The notes beneath the pieces are model-generated. The model saw nothing but the letters and a program-made list of their open reading frames with translations. It did no database searches and was not told the DNA's origin. Positions 26,506 to 40,487 of a stretch of DNA of 64,000 nt are shown here, piece by piece. Location of the stretch: contig NW_020847369.1 in the NCBI RefSeq assembly GCF_003704095.1, forward strand, positions 1-64,000. The letters are read 5' to 3'. A program made the translations under genes and the position numbers. Source of the stretch: Pocillopora damicornis (lineage: Eukaryota). Positions within the stretch are counted from its first letter, which is position 1. Every line of letters starts with the position of its first letter.

Positions 26506-27419
26506 CTGAATTTCTTCTTGTTCAGAAATAGTCTGCTAACTCGATTATCATGCTAAGCGCGCAGCAGAGAAAGTATAATCAAGCAATTATCGTTGCCATG
26601 GTAGAGGGACGATTGTTTTATAATACTTCTTTTGTTTCGTCCAGAAGATATTCAAAGCCAATTGCTTAACTTGCTTGGGGAAAGAAAAAATTTAAAAGTA
26701 ATTTTGCAAAGAAACTTGCAATGTAAACATAAATTTGTCATTTCCGAGACTATTTACAGAGAGAAATAATATCCAAATTAGCTTATTTCTCTTGTTATTT
26801 TTAATCAAAGAACAGAGAATACAACAATATAAAGTCTTTTGTGATATTGTTTTATATTCTTGGACTAAAATTATCATAAACAGCAGAGTTTTTTTGAGAG
26901 CTAAAGCTGTTGATTCATTAAATCTATCTGTTCGAAAGTTAACGCGAACAACTCTCGCTCTGAACGTTAAGCTGTATTTACACGAGCAAACATTTATTTG
27001 ACAAGTTTCCTTTAGAAACTTTTTCTGACAATCGTAGAAGGAAAATATGCCTGAATTGTCAAAGAAAAACTCGTTAAGAACGAAATTTGCGACGGCAGAT
27101 GTTGTGAGAAAGTGGTTGAAAGGGGCTTCAGGAGGATTACATTCTATCAATTTTGTCCTTAACGCGATGATTTAATTTTTACTTTTATTTCTTCGCTAGA
27201 TTTTATTGTTTTTAAGTTTTTTTTTCAACGATTTAGGAAGAGCCACGAGATCAACTGGTGAAGAAGCGTCTACTTACCATCGAATTTTGTGAGTAAAATG
27301 TTAAAATTTTGGAGATGAACAGAAGAAAATTGAAAGGTGTCCTACTGTAAAATTTGCATATAAATAAAACTCCGCTTAGTATAACTTAACAAAAGTTATA
27401 CGTGGTTTTTATCTAGCAC

Positions 27420-27930
27420 ATTTATTATTTACAAGTAAGTTTTTCTCGGCATGCAGTCGTCGATACTTGACGGTTTTATTATTCACGCGCAAGTTCCTCT
27501 TGGCATTTTTTCTTCACAATCAAGTTGTCTTAGTCGTTGACGTACTTATTATACACGAGCGAGTTTTTCTTCGCAATTGCAGTCGTCAAAACCTGACGCA
27601 TTCATTTTTCACAAGCAAGTTTTTTTTTGCAATTATCCTTGTCAGAACCGAACGCATATATTTTTCCAGAAAGGTTTTCTTAGCAATTGCAGTTGTCATC
27701 ACTTGACGCATTTCTTTTTTCACGAGCAAGTTTTTCTTGGAAATTTCAGTCATCGATCCCTAAAGCTGTTATCATCCATGAGCTAGTTTTCTTGGAAACT
27801 TTACCTTTACCTTTTTATTACATGACGCATTCATCATGCACAAGCAAGTTTTTCTCAGCAGGCGCAGTCGTCAAGAACTGACGCTTTTCTAATTCACGAG
27901 GACGTCTTTTTGGCAATTGCACTTGTCAGA
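27420..27930. repeat. Degenerate minisatellite, ~60 bp unit, about 8 copies
   Basis: Recurrent ttcac(g/a)agcaagtttttc..ggcaattgcagtcgtca..acttgacgc units. Confidence 0.8.
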
Positions 27931-28627
27931 AAGGAAAGAGTTCGAAATCCAATTTGGCATAAAAAACATTTGTGCAACACTCACACTGACACTGCCATTT
28001 TGAAACTCGATGGGAAACCTGGCCCCTAACCTGTGATTACAGTGCCAAGGAAAACTACTGATGAACAAACTTGTAAATAGAGGCAGATTCTATGATAAGC
28101 TCAAATAATAATAAAAAATGTCTCGTTAAGTTTTACTAGACTCTTTCTAAGAAAAAATCACTTAGATGTTCTTGTAAGTGGATGTAATTAAACCTTTCAA
28201 ATGCTACTTTCAAGGCATTTCAAAAGAGCACCTGTAAAAATAGCAACTGGAAGGTTTTCCAACACAGAGCGCTTTGTAAATAGTTGCGTACATTGTTATC
28301 AATTGATCACTTTGCATATCAAAACAACTGTCGTTGTACAAAATTAACTAAAAATAGCAACCTGCTCTTTTATTGATTATTTTTTTCTTTTATTAAAAAA
28401 AAAAAACAAACAAAAAAACATACACAGGTCTTTGGATACAAGCAACATAGTGAGTTGTTCTGCTTTGAGATGGCTTACTAAAACTGCATTTTTAAGTACG
28501 TTTTAAGCCATTAAATGTCTCGGATAAAAACAATTAAAAAGACAACAAGATTGGAAATGCGCTCCTCCCTTAGACCAAGGTTGATATTTATACAGTCATA
28601 TCAACCACTCACAATTGAGTTTTCATA

Positions 28628-31453
28628 TTAAGATGAACTCACTGTTTTTCCACTTTCATGCACTTGACGCACATTCACATTGATACGAGTTTTCGAAAGA
28701 TAGATTTCAAACTCTCTCCATTCCTCTAGGGCAAGAGTTTCTGTAGATTTTGCCAAAAAATTAGGTTGGTCGCATCGACAACCTTCGTCGGTTTCGCTAT
28801 GCCCTCTCTCATCAATACCGACCTCTTCTAATCCTCTGATAATTTTATCATCACCGAATTTTTGGAACAAAGGTTTTTCTATTCGCTGTGTCCGATTTAA
28901 ACAAGAGGTTTTGGTTATGTCTTTATTTGTAGCACCCGGGATTACTGAGCTCTCATCCAGGACACCTGATTCATCCGGGTTTCTCGAAGTGACGTCCCTT
29001 GAAAAGAGGCCATCTTCCCATTTGAGGCAACATGGAGGTTCATTTTCCTTTCCCACTTTAATAATCCTCGGAACTGCATGGAAGGCAGTTCTTGATTTTC
29101 CTGACATGATGATAATATCCCCACTACGAACATATAAAGCTGCAAAAAAATTAACGATAATATAAAATTTTTGGTTGAATTGTTTTTTATAACTTTCTCA
29201 ACAGTCACACAACACTGTCTCTCACAATGCTGACACATCAATATGTCTCAAAATTATGATTAAAATTTTATCACAGTGAACAGGCCTGTGGAGAAAACCC
29301 ACATAGCATCAAGAGAAAATTCTCACAGTAAGTGATTCTTCTTAATAATTGTTCAACCCTTTAACTTCCATGATCAGATTGTTAATGCTCCCCTCTGGCT
29401 GAAACGCATTTCCTTGTATTTTAGTCACAAGAATTTGGCGTTAAATCAAGACAACAACTGACAAGGAGGATTTGTTTTAAAAGTCAAGAACTTCTTGAGT
29501 TTACCATCATTTCCTTTATTTTCATGAGCTTAATGCTTGATTTAGAGGTGATACTGTTGGTAGAAGAGCCTTCTCTAAAATGTTTAGGGGCTATCAGTTT
29601 TCTTTTCTCATACTATGACCATTAAACTATTAAAAATTACTTATAACTTATTCAAGATTTGGTCCATGAGGATCAACCCAGACTAAGCAGTTTATCTATT
29701 CCAATGACTCAAAACTAGTAAGATACAAACTCACCAACTGGTCGTACATCTCTGGTTGCTCCACCAATAAGAAAAATGGCTGTTTGTCCAAAACTCAATG
29801 AGATCAGAGGCCATGATAAATCAGACTCATAGTGATCTGTATGGCCCCCCATGGAGCCTCCCAGAGGATAGTAATTAACAATGCCAGCCTCAGGGGAGTA
29901 GTCTGGGTATCCAACTGCACTAGCAATGTGTTTTGTCAAGCCTGCTAGGTCTGATGGGAAGTTATGATACCGTTCAGGCTTGTAATTGACAACATTATAG
30001 TCAAAGTGATATCCTAGGTGGACCCAGCGGAGCTTGTCCATTAAGTTGTTGTTTTCATTATTCCTGAGGGATTAAGAAATTGCTGTTAAAACATGAAATC
30101 ATGCAATACATGTGATCCATTTAAATGCTTCACTCTCAAGATCTCATTGGTATAAATTCTCCTTACTGTCTGCCATACAAATCTTATGACATTAGTTTGG
30201 AGAATTTGATATTGGATCAACTAATCATACCCTAATTGATATCTTTTCTCGATTCTCATGGCTTGTCTACTTGATGTCACATTGATGCTGTCACGAGAAA
30301 TTCTGTTTTGGTCACTCATGGGAGTTAAAGGGTTAACCAACCATGAAATGACCAGAAAAATTGTTACTACTGCCTACATCAGATTTTAGTCTATCACAGG
30401 TCAAGTACCTTACCCTCCCTCGCCTTCCCACCCTCAGCATTTTGCCAGATGTCCCACAGTCCATTACGACCAAGCCACCGCCTGCATCACCTTCTTGGTG
30501 ACAGGAAGAAATGTACAAGTTGAGCATGTGCTCGTCAGAGAACACAGCACAATTACCCTGCAGGTTTAAAGCTTGGACTGCTAAATCCCAAGTTCATCAT
30601 GCACTTGTCTCCCACTTAAACTGGAGATTGCCAAAATTTTGCTGCTATATAATATGAAAATGCCAAGGTCCAAATACCAGTATTGACAAGTATTTGTGTT
30701 CAATGCTATAATCTAACAATTTTACACACCTTACACAGAACAAGGTGACTTTTGAACTTCACTCACTTACCCTTTGTGCTCAGTATAAGCAGAAGTGGAA
30801 AATTGAAAGAATCAGAAATTGTTTATTTAAGAGGTCATTATGGTGGCAATCCATGAGGGTGTTTGATTACTTCTACTACATCTCGGAAAATTTAATGAAG
30901 TAAAATTTTTTCCTTTTGTGATTATTATCCTAATCTCAAAATCTGAGCTTTATTATTTCTGAAGCAATTAAACTGTAATAAAAATGGATATCAGAAAGTT
31001 CACTGGTCTGGTCTCTCACCTCTGACTGAGTCTCCACACAGTTTCTCTCGTGTCTAAGGTCATATGCGCATCCAAGTTACAAACGTTTGGTTTGCGGGGA
31101 AAATCTTTAATACATCGTCTTGTCCAGTAACGTTGTGCTCCATGTAAAAACGGGTTTACTATAAAAATAAACCCTGAGCACGACTTAAGTTCGTACGTTT
31201 GCCATTCCTTTACACATCGAAGTCCGAAATTCGAATCACTTTTGTCGCATTTTCCTTGTGTTTGCAGTTGGAATTTTTCGATACGATCACGAAATGTCGA
31301 AGGATCTCGGAAATCGATTACTTCACTGAGGTCTGGTGGAGGTTTCTTTCGTTTATAACGTTTGTATTCCTCCCGAACATAATCAACACGGCCATTGGGT
31401 GACTTCTGATGGCACGATTCATCGCTAGTTATATCTGCCGGCGCGTCCGCCAT
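28628..31453 (-). CDS. ALKBH1: Nucleic acid dioxygenase ALKBH1, 3 exons, ~424 aa
   Basis: Exons 31453-31020, 30063-29735, 29139-28628. Motifs KLRWVHLGYHFDY, PEAGIVNYY, GGHTD (HxD), SLSFGQTAIFLIGG, RSGDIIIMSG..R..FHAVPRI and RINVNVRQV. Confidence 0.95.
30121..30336. mobile_element. TTAA-flanked MITE in ALKBH1 intron 1
   Basis: Matches 12408-12618; ends gggagttaaagggttaa. Confidence 0.8.
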
Positions 31454-32840
31454 ATTTGAAAACTGTAGAGCCTAGTGGTCAGCAGTATTTCATTGAAAAG
31501 GAAGATTTTAAAGAAAGGAGGGACGGGAGGGCAGGGGAGGGAAGCTATGTTCGTTATAAGCTGAGTAAACTGCTAAAGAAGGAGGGCGTATTGTTTTCCT
31601 TTCGTCTTCAGACATTGAAGACGTAATCATTCTCCAGTGGAAAAATATAATGAAGTAACAAAACCGCGAACCAGAAAACCAAAAACAACCTAAAAACAAC
31701 AAAAATAAAAACTTGAGCGAGGTAAATCCCTGCCGATATTTTCTGACATTATAAAGTCTATATAAGACTTCGTTGAGCTCCATGCAACATGTTGATATTG
31801 CTTTGAACAGGAATAGGACAACACGTGGGAATGATTTCTTCAAGCTTGAGTTGCACAGCCACTAAGAAAAATATTTAAAATTTGGTATGACTGATTACAT
31901 AAAGTGTGGAAGGGTGTCACTTTTGAGAAAAACTTTAAGGTATTCCGCTCTGAATGGAAGCGGAAGCTTCCAGAATTTGCTATATGAGCTTTTGAGTGAG
32001 TTGAGTGATGTATAACGGAATCATCAAGTCACGAAACTTGATACTGCACCGAATTAGTTTCATTGTTACCGCTCTCAACGAAAAAAAAAAAAGCATTCGC
32101 GAGGACTGAAGAATTAGGCAATGAACTGTAAAAATATGGTCTTAATGAAAATTATTACCCGTGGAGGAGAAGGTTTCTGCAGCCTCGTTCGAAACTCCAA
32201 ACTAAATACAGCTTTGTTTATTTTTGAAAAATCTTAGCTAACCATTTAGTCGTTTTCGATAAGAGGTATCATGGGAAAAGCCGGCGTTTTTGATCTTGTA
32301 CTTTTGTATATTTGTACCTCAGCTGTTGTTGTTTTTTTTTTATGGGAAATCTTTGAGGATTTTGTCATTAGCTTGTAATTGTCTGCTGCTAAATTAGATC
32401 ACATGCTACCGACAAATATAGCTTCTACCGACGAGACAGGAATATAGGCCCTTAAGCCACACCCACTCACGGATAATCGTAAATTACCCCACAAATATGA
32501 ATATTATGAAAAAAGGTATGGACGACATCTTTGTTAAAATGGAAATAGTACACTACCGTGTAGCTTGCTGGGGGCGTTTTAGTTTCTGCTTGTAAGAAGA
32601 TACTGTTTGAAAAGTTGGATTTTTAAGGGAAACATTTTTTACTTGAAGTCGTTGTTATTTGTGAGTTCCTAAATTTTCTCTGCGGTCCAGTATCTGTCGC
32701 CGGATATTCCAAAATATGCTTTCCTCCCTGACAGAAATATTCAGCCCTGTGCTCACGCGCGGAAATGAAATTGTCCTTTTGCGGCACGTTGAGTCAATTT
32801 GTTAACCAATATACCGTGAAGTTCGTGCTCGTGGAACGAA

Positions 32841-32915
32841 TCACGTGATTGGCTACGTCAACAATATTACGCCTTAAGGGGGCACGTTGACTTAAAACTT
32901 TTATCACTCAGTTCA
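32841..32915 (+). promoter_or_regulatory. Candidate proximal promoter of family member 1
   Basis: Adjacent CACGTG (32842-32847), ATTGG (32848-32852) and CRE-like TACGTCA (32854-32860), plus Inr-like TCAGTT (32908-32913) about 80 bp before the ATG. Confidence 0.45.
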
Positions 32916-32988
32916 ACAAGCCAGTGAAAGTTAAACCTCGAAGACGTCGAAACTTCTTCAGAGATTTAAGTTTACGCACATTGTTGCA

Positions 32989-33366
32989 ATGAAGAACGTG
33001 AAAGGACAAAAGTGTGAACTTGAGAAGCGAACGGATTTCGACAGTGCCATGAATCAAGCTTTCAGCGAAATCTTTGAAAATCTCAAAGGCTTGGAAGAGG
33101 ACACCAAAATACGAAGATTAAAAACAGAACAACTGCAGAGACGAAACAGCGCGCCGGCTTCAACTCTGAAGGAAAACTTTGGAACCAAGACGAATCAATT
33201 GAAACAACCACAGAAACAACTTGATAGAACAAAATCTGGCGAGCAAAAATCTTACACACTTCCAGCAGTTTCAGCTTTGTCAACAATGCACTGGGTTATG
33301 CAATGCTGTGAGGAGGAGGAGATTGACGTGATAGATTCAAGTTTTAGTTTTCTGGATAACTACTGA
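32989..33366 (+). CDS. Uncharacterised single-exon protein, RRxSAP family member 1 (125 aa)
   Basis: DFDSAMNQAFSEIFENLKGLEE helix, RRNSAPA, and C-terminal EEEEIDVIDSSFSFLDNY. These motifs are shared with other ORFs in the array. Confidence 0.75.
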   Translation: MKNVKGQKCELEKRTDFDSAMNQAFSEIFENLKGLEEDTKIRRLKTEQLQRRNSAPASTLKENFGTKTNQLKQPQKQLDRTKSGEQKSYTLPAVSALSTMHWVMQCCEEEEIDVIDSSFSFLDNY

Positions 33367-36300
33367 CAGAAAGTTTTTTGAAGGAGAAGAATTGTGGCAA
33401 ACAAATTTGGAACTATGTTGTTTGATCACAACACTATGAATATAGCGTGTCATGCACAATTCATTTTTATATCCAAGGATTATGAAAACGCAATGAACAG
33501 TAGACAAAGTCGTTCGTCCCGGATAATAGGAATTAAAACCAAGTGATTTACATAACTCTAAAATGGTATTAGAACTTCAGTGAGTATATAGAAAGAATTT
33601 TGAGCTTTCGATCTTGTAAAACGAAAAAACCATCTTTAAGTTTCATTTAAGGTTTTCTATGAAAATGGATGAATTTGAGCAAACAACACAGGCTGTATAC
33701 AGTCATACTCACGTACTGTTTTTACCGACTTACCCCGAGGGCAGTGTTTATCTTGTATTTCGCAAGCAATTAGAGACGTTGGAACAATATACTGAATGTA
33801 TACAAATAGAACAAAGTCATTTATTTTATTCAAGAGAAATTAAATATTTAATAGTAAAGAAAAATCACGAAACTATATTTCTTGACTCAAGGTGAACTCT
33901 GTGTTTCTTAAAAGAGTTAGCAAAAAGAAGGCTAATTGAGCGAACGAATTTCAATTAACTTCTGTTAACCACATGCAATGTTATTGGAGTCTATGTTCTG
34001 AATATTGAAATATCACTCTAGATCTATGATGATTGCTCTTGGAAACCAAATGTGAGCAGAAATTGGAAATACATTGATCATTTTCGAATGATGCGGTTAG
34101 GGTTGTCCAGGAATTTCATTCCCATGCATCAGAAAACAATTAAAAATTATTGAACCACCCAAGCCGGTTAATTAAAAGTCTTGTTAACGAAGATGACATA
34201 TGAGGTTAACCTTGTCGTGCATAGCGTTAGAAAATATTCCGGCAATTAAATAAATCAAGGGCCATTTCCGAAATTTCTCGACTCTTTCATTTATAAATTT
34301 CGTATATCTTTGGAACGCATTACTTCTTTTGCCAAACGAATCGCTATAGAGCGCTTAATTACAACATAGCTTCGGACAGTCTATATTTTTCATCAGTAAA
34401 AGTTCATCAATAACAACTCGAAAATTCTGCGCTATTCAATATCTTTGTGTCACACTTCAATTGTAGTTTTTTTTCACTTCAGTATCTACCCCTATCTGTT
34501 CGACAGATAGAGGTTCTTTTTCTTACAACAGGGAAAATCCTTCGTTCTTAACATTGATATTTCGTCTATCTATCGCGAAAAGAAATTTATGACCTATTTA
34601 GCAATGTTAAAGGGTCATCCACTTTTGTTTTCCGACTGACTTATCAACTCATATCTAATCTGGTCAATAGGCCAGAAGCACGTGACTGCGTGTAATGAAC
34701 CATAAACACGTGATTTTGTGGTAATAAGTTGTGTCAACATCACGATGAATTGGGAAGAAAATTTTACACAGCTGATGTTTGCGGAGAAAAGAGTCGTTAG
34801 ATAATATAATATGAGCAGGAATTGCAAAAAGAGTAAAGCATATGTGTTTTGATATTCCTCTCTAAGTAGTCTTACCGCAATTTCCCCAGAAATGAAACGT
34901 CCTTATATCTGCAGGATATGATATCAACTGCGCTTCCCGTGTCAAAAAACCTCCTTAAGATTCCATAAGTTCGCTGAAAGGAATGTTCGTTATCTTAGCT
35001 TTATCTTACGTGAAATTATTTCTAGAGAATCTCAAGAGTCGGCTTGAACGGTTAACGGTTGAAAATTTTGACAGTTCCGGTTCGCGGAATATGACTCTGT
35101 GGGACGAAAGCCAACGATTAGCCGTACCCTCCCCCGCAAGGTGGGACCTGACGCAAATGTCTTTGTTTTCGGTATTAGGATATAATCATCGTAACGGCAT
35201 AAGCCATAAGAAAAGACGCGTCAAAGTCAATGCTTATGACATTTTTAAAATGACACATCGTCAGATATGAAAAAAAGTTTGCTGATAACATTTTCTACGG
35301 CTAAAGGTAAAATTTTGTCAATTTTACGCCTAACAGCTGAAAATTTTAGCCATTTGGTAGTTAACGGTTAAACGCATTGAGACCGGCTCTTTGAATGGAT
35401 GATAAACTTTTATCATCAAAAGAACCAGTAATCTTCAAAGAAATTAGACATGTAATACAAAAACCTCTTTCATTGTCCTTCAGAGAATTTCAGGTATGAC
35501 TAAAACAACTTCGGCTTTTTTCATCGCTGAAGGATTTATCGTATATTGTCTGGAAACACTGAATTTCTATAAAACTTTTGTTCATATCTGGTGGTCTCCC
35601 TTTTTTTCATTGTTTTTTTTTTTTTCATTGAATTTTTCTTTGTTTGAAATTTCTATGACCATTCACTGCCTCATAGATTTTTATCTATCTCGCCGAACAT
35701 TGTTAAAAGACAAAATGGCCGCCAATCGGAAGTTTCTGTGTATGTCATTTTAATAACTTACTTGTTGCCTATCAATTTTAAAGTGTGAGTTGAAGAAAAA
35801 CGCTTATTATCATAGGCCTATCATACTCAGCAAGATGTAGAGGAATGCACTGATCGTCTCCTACAGTTGAGAAAATAGTTTTCAAAGATTATTTAACGCT
35901 GTCACTTGTTCAGTAAGTTTTAACCAAATTGTTGATTAGTTGTTTGAGTTTGCTATAACTTTTAAATAACATTTATGTGATATTTTCTGCCGGGAATTAA
36001 TCTCGTATTTAGTTTTTTTTTCTAACCTGTTTTCATTAGTATGTAGGAACATCAAAGTAATTGAAAAAGACACCAGACTACAAAGAGCTAAAGAAATTAA
36101 ATATTTGAAGGAGTGTACTGAAAACTCTCAAGATGGTATGCTCGGAGAAACCACACGAATACGCGATTTTACTGGTCAGTGGGTTCGAATGAACGTCAGA
36201 GTTGTAGGCTTAGCCTCGATTCTTGTTGTTGCAGAGTTACGAACAGCTTCGCAAATTTTTTTAAATGGGTATATTTGTAAATCTTTTCTCGTCGAACGGT

Positions 36301-37860
36301 AGATCGAGAAGAACATTTTGAAATAACCTAAGATATCCCAAAAGGTATGTAAATTTGAAGAAAACCTGGGGCTACGACTGAAGGCTCGGTGAAGCTATAC
36401 CTACCTCAAAATTATTTCGCGTAATCCAGTAACCATTGAACAGCCTGTGGACAAAAACTCCAGAGAGGAAAGCGTGCCAAACAGAAACTAGCTTTGCGAG
36501 TATTTAACAGAAATATGGCAGAGAAAGAAAGTGATTGACCAAAGCATAATTTAGTCTCAGGTCACAGCGGTTTATCTCGTCTATTTTTTGTCCTGGTGTG
36601 GCAGTCCGCTGACCAGCCAACGGTAACTGAATTGAATTACTGAATTGAAAAAAGCGAACTATTTGTGCGCATCAAATGAAAATACTTTGAACAAAGATGC
36701 TTTTGGAGTGCATTCTCTCAATTTCCCTGAATTTCCCTTGTCTTAAAACAGTACGCTCAGGCAATTTTCTCGGCATGTTGACGCTAAAAGGTGGAGCAAC
36801 TTTGTGATTAATATTTAGGAGATACATGAGTTTTGTTTATGCCTATCTGGTAAATAACATTCTTAGAGCGCGGCCATCTATCAAATTGGAATTCACTGAG
36901 GAAAGAGACTCTTACTAAGTCGATTCAAGTAATTTAAACGTTAAGAGGTCTTATAAAGACTCGTTTACCACGTAAAAACATGAAAATGGAACTTAAAAGC
37001 CAAAATCTCACAATTACAATACAATTACTGACATCTCTATATTATCAAAGATACTACGATTAGATGGTTCACGGCAAATGAATATTCTAATGTGATACAA
37101 GCTAAACTACTCTGACCAATCTCACTTCTTTGATCATTTGGTTTCACTGAGAGCCTTATTCACTTCAAGTTGCGTCACTTTTCAGTGGGGTCCAATTGTT
37201 GAGACATCAAGGAAACGTCGCTGCAAAGAAATGTAAACAAGAATGATGCATATCGGAAGCAGTTAATTAAGTTTTTTGTGACTTTGTTTCCACTACTTCG
37301 TTAACCAACGCTATTACGGTGTGAGTGACACGATCAGATAAATAATTTAACATAAGATTTATTCAAGATTTTTTTTTATGAATTACGTACAAATCTGAAG
37401 TGTCTATTACATTCTTCACATACTGCATGATCGTCTGTATGAATTCAGTTCAAAATACTCGACTCTTAAACACTCAAAAACTGCCCGCAGCTTGCCTGTC
37501 ACACTCACCGTGAGGCGCTGCTCCAACACTCAATGAAACACCATTTTTTATTACAGTGCACGGGATGAATGATTTTATATAAGAGCAGCATCTACAGCGT
37601 TGAAATTGCAACTGAAGGAAACTATTCCGAAGCAAAAGTGCAGAATGTCTCTCACAAAGTGTATTACAACTGTAAACAATCCTGCTTAAAAAGGAAGGTG
37701 TTATTTGAAGCAATTTAACTAAGAACAACTTTTGTGGATTTCATACCCAGATAAGTCTTTGGTGACTTTTAAAGATCTCATCAATCATTGAATTGTTCTC
37801 CTTTGTAAACACCAGCTCCCCGAGATTTCTAAGGCTTTCAAGCTTTCAGTTTCCACTCTC

Positions 37861-38211
37861 CTACATTTTCGGATAATGCAGACTTAAGCTAACCGATTCT
37901 AAGTCCTCCTTCTCGTAACAATATTGTAATTAAAAAAAATTCATAGCTGGTAAAGTTGGCTCCATGCCATCTGGCTTAGAAAATTTTCTCCCTCCAAATT
38001 CCTCATTCTATTGCCTGGAAACCTCTGTTGGTTGTCTACACGTCAAAGTCGGAGCACTCCTGAGTCTTCTTCATCTAAAGTCAACTTCCGTCTTATGTCT
38101 CCTGTAAAGTCAACTGAATCCAGTGATTTCAAGGGAAGATTAATTTTTGAAGCGTATAGTTTTTTAGCAACGAGAGTGTTTTTCAGGTATCTGTGATAAA
38201 TGGCCATTCAT
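37861..38211 (-). pseudogene. Decayed RRxSAP family member
   Basis: One frame from ATG 38211 reads ...TEVDFR*RRLRSAPTLT...GGRKFSK...PTLPAMNFF*LQYCYEKEDLESVSLSLHYPKM*, with several in-frame stops. Collinear with members 1-3. Confidence 0.6.
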
Positions 38212-39050
38212 AGAAAAGTAATCCATGGAAATTAAATCCTTTCCAGTGCCGACCATAAAGAAGCTATTGCAAATTGAAGTGGCGGTTTTGCTTTGCTCTG
38301 CAACGTGCGTTCTGATGCAGAACGTCACAAATTGTAAACTAACGCTAGTTAAGATTCAAGAAAAGAATTTCAGGCTATCGTTTTAAGAGGAATTCTTGTT
38401 GCTAAAATTCTTAATATATTAAGGAAGTCAAGGTTGACGTGTAAGACCGCACCAGCACATGGGAAACTATACTTCTTGCCGTCCGCTAAAGCTATTTTCT
38501 CTTCGGCTGAAAATATCTGCGGTACCTGTGAACAAAGAATTTTATTTGGTTCCTTGCATAACTGATTTGTGGATTAAAAAGTTGTAAAATAAGAGTTCAT
38601 TACAGCCGTTTGACGTTGTCATAAATGCCTGGCTGTAATTTATTGTTGGAGTTATCTGTCAATCCGGCGAACCATTCATCCTTAGGTCCAGTCCAGCATA
38701 TATTAAAACATAGCCGTTAGAGAGCTGGGTCTAGAACTATTTTTGTTCAAATTTTATTGTTAGTAGTAATTAATGATCATTTGTTGTCATGACAGCCTTA
38801 AACGAAGTTTACGTCATGAAATGATAGTCTGAGTCATTCTTAGCGTGAAAGTGAAATGACTTGAGTGTGATAAAACAATGGAATATCCGGTGTCTTTAGA
38901 GATTGGACCGAAAAAGACCGAACAAGTGTGATTTAAGACGGTGAAGATTAATAGAGAGAATGTAGATGGCAAACTTGAAATGTATCAAATTACGTTAGAG
39001 ATTTCAAGATTCAAAAATTTCAAGATTCAAAACCGAGAATTCCTTCATTG

Positions 39051-39262
39051 TCAACCCTTGACACCTTAGTGTCAGTATACATATTCTCCATACTGTTCTC
39101 CAAACATTTCCTTGGGTGCTAACAAGGAGAATTTGTTTGACAATCAACAGCTTCTTTAGGTGGTGATCATTCCATGTGTTCTTGTGTCCTTCATGTGCAA
39201 TTCGGGGGTGATATTGTAAAGAGAAATTGGATGCTGGTCACTTTTAGGGATCAACCAGTTAA
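39051..39262. mobile_element. TTAA-type MITE, degenerate ends
   Basis: Internal match to 9424-9628. Confidence 0.65.
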
Positions 39263-40487
39263 TTAAAGGAAAGAGAAGAATGTTTAGGAGGTAAAAATAT
39301 ACAAAACCAGAGTTAAGTTGTTGACGATTCGAAGCCTCGTCACTGTTCGTTAGATGCGTTGCAGAAAATCAACAGAAAAAAAGCAAACAAAACGAAAAAG
39401 TGATCTTAAATCTCTTCATGAAGAACGTTGTCGGATCAAAGTTAGGCACAGATCAAGACAGTTCATCTTAGGACTAATTGTTCAAATGGCAGATAACGCT
39501 ATTCAAAAGATAAATCACTATCAAGCGGGTAATTGTTAACAAAACGTACTGCGCTCTCCACCGGATAGAGATTTATGCAGTGGACTAATCTCTCAAGGGC
39601 CTCAAGCGATCATTTCCAAATGATCTCCTTATAACAGAAAACAAACAAACAAACAAACGATGCAGTATTACAAAATTCTATGACTCATTTCCATTGATTT
39701 TATTAGGTACTACTAAATGAAAAAGGCATTGCCGTGACTTAAACGCAGACTTGTTTTTCCCAAAGTTAATCATAAGTTATTGTTTTTGATATTGTGAGTT
39801 TAATCCTACATGCGATTTAACTAAGAAAAAAACCTCTTGATATTGTTACCGGCCAACTCTTTCAATATCAAAGATAATAAGTTTTATTCAACCAGTCAAT
39901 ATCGGCGATCAGAGTTTGATGTCTGCTGTACCATTCGGTCGTAAATTTAACGACTACGGCACGAGGAAAATTAAACCCACGTAATCCGTGCATATGACGT
40001 CACTGTTAAAGTAAAGAATATTTGATCCTAGCTAGTTCTTTACCAGATTTGCGCTCATAATACAACAACCGACTAGAATTTGAACCCTATAGAAAAATTT
40101 TGTTCTATGCTCTACTAAGAATTAATATCAGTTTTGTAAAACGAGTCGGAACTTCCAGCTTGGATTGTCACTTTGGCCTTCCAAAAGGATTTTATTATAT
40201 TAAGTCAAAATATTGGCTAATGTATAATACACCGAAAATTTTGCAGACGTAACCGACGCTCGTATATTATGATTTGTTCAGTGTATTACACTCGTGGACA
40301 ACATCTGAGGTGGTAGTAGTAAATTTACCAAAAAGAAATTAAAAAAATCCAAATGTCTCTCATCCACTCGACCACTGTTCCAATTTATTTTTTTTTTGCC
40401 ACGTACGTACAAATGATCTTTATCTTACGTAATCGATCAATGAAAGCGGTGTTATAAATCACCTTCCTTGCGCTGAAGAAGTTTCAA

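Noticed and set aside
26692-27150. 152-aa minus-strand ORF upstream of K2P paralog C
   Set aside because: Non-ATG start, AT-rich low-information translation and no motif.
27420-27930. CRISPR-like periodicity
   Set aside because: Whole units are degenerate copies with no unique spacers, there are no cas genes, and the context is eukaryotic.
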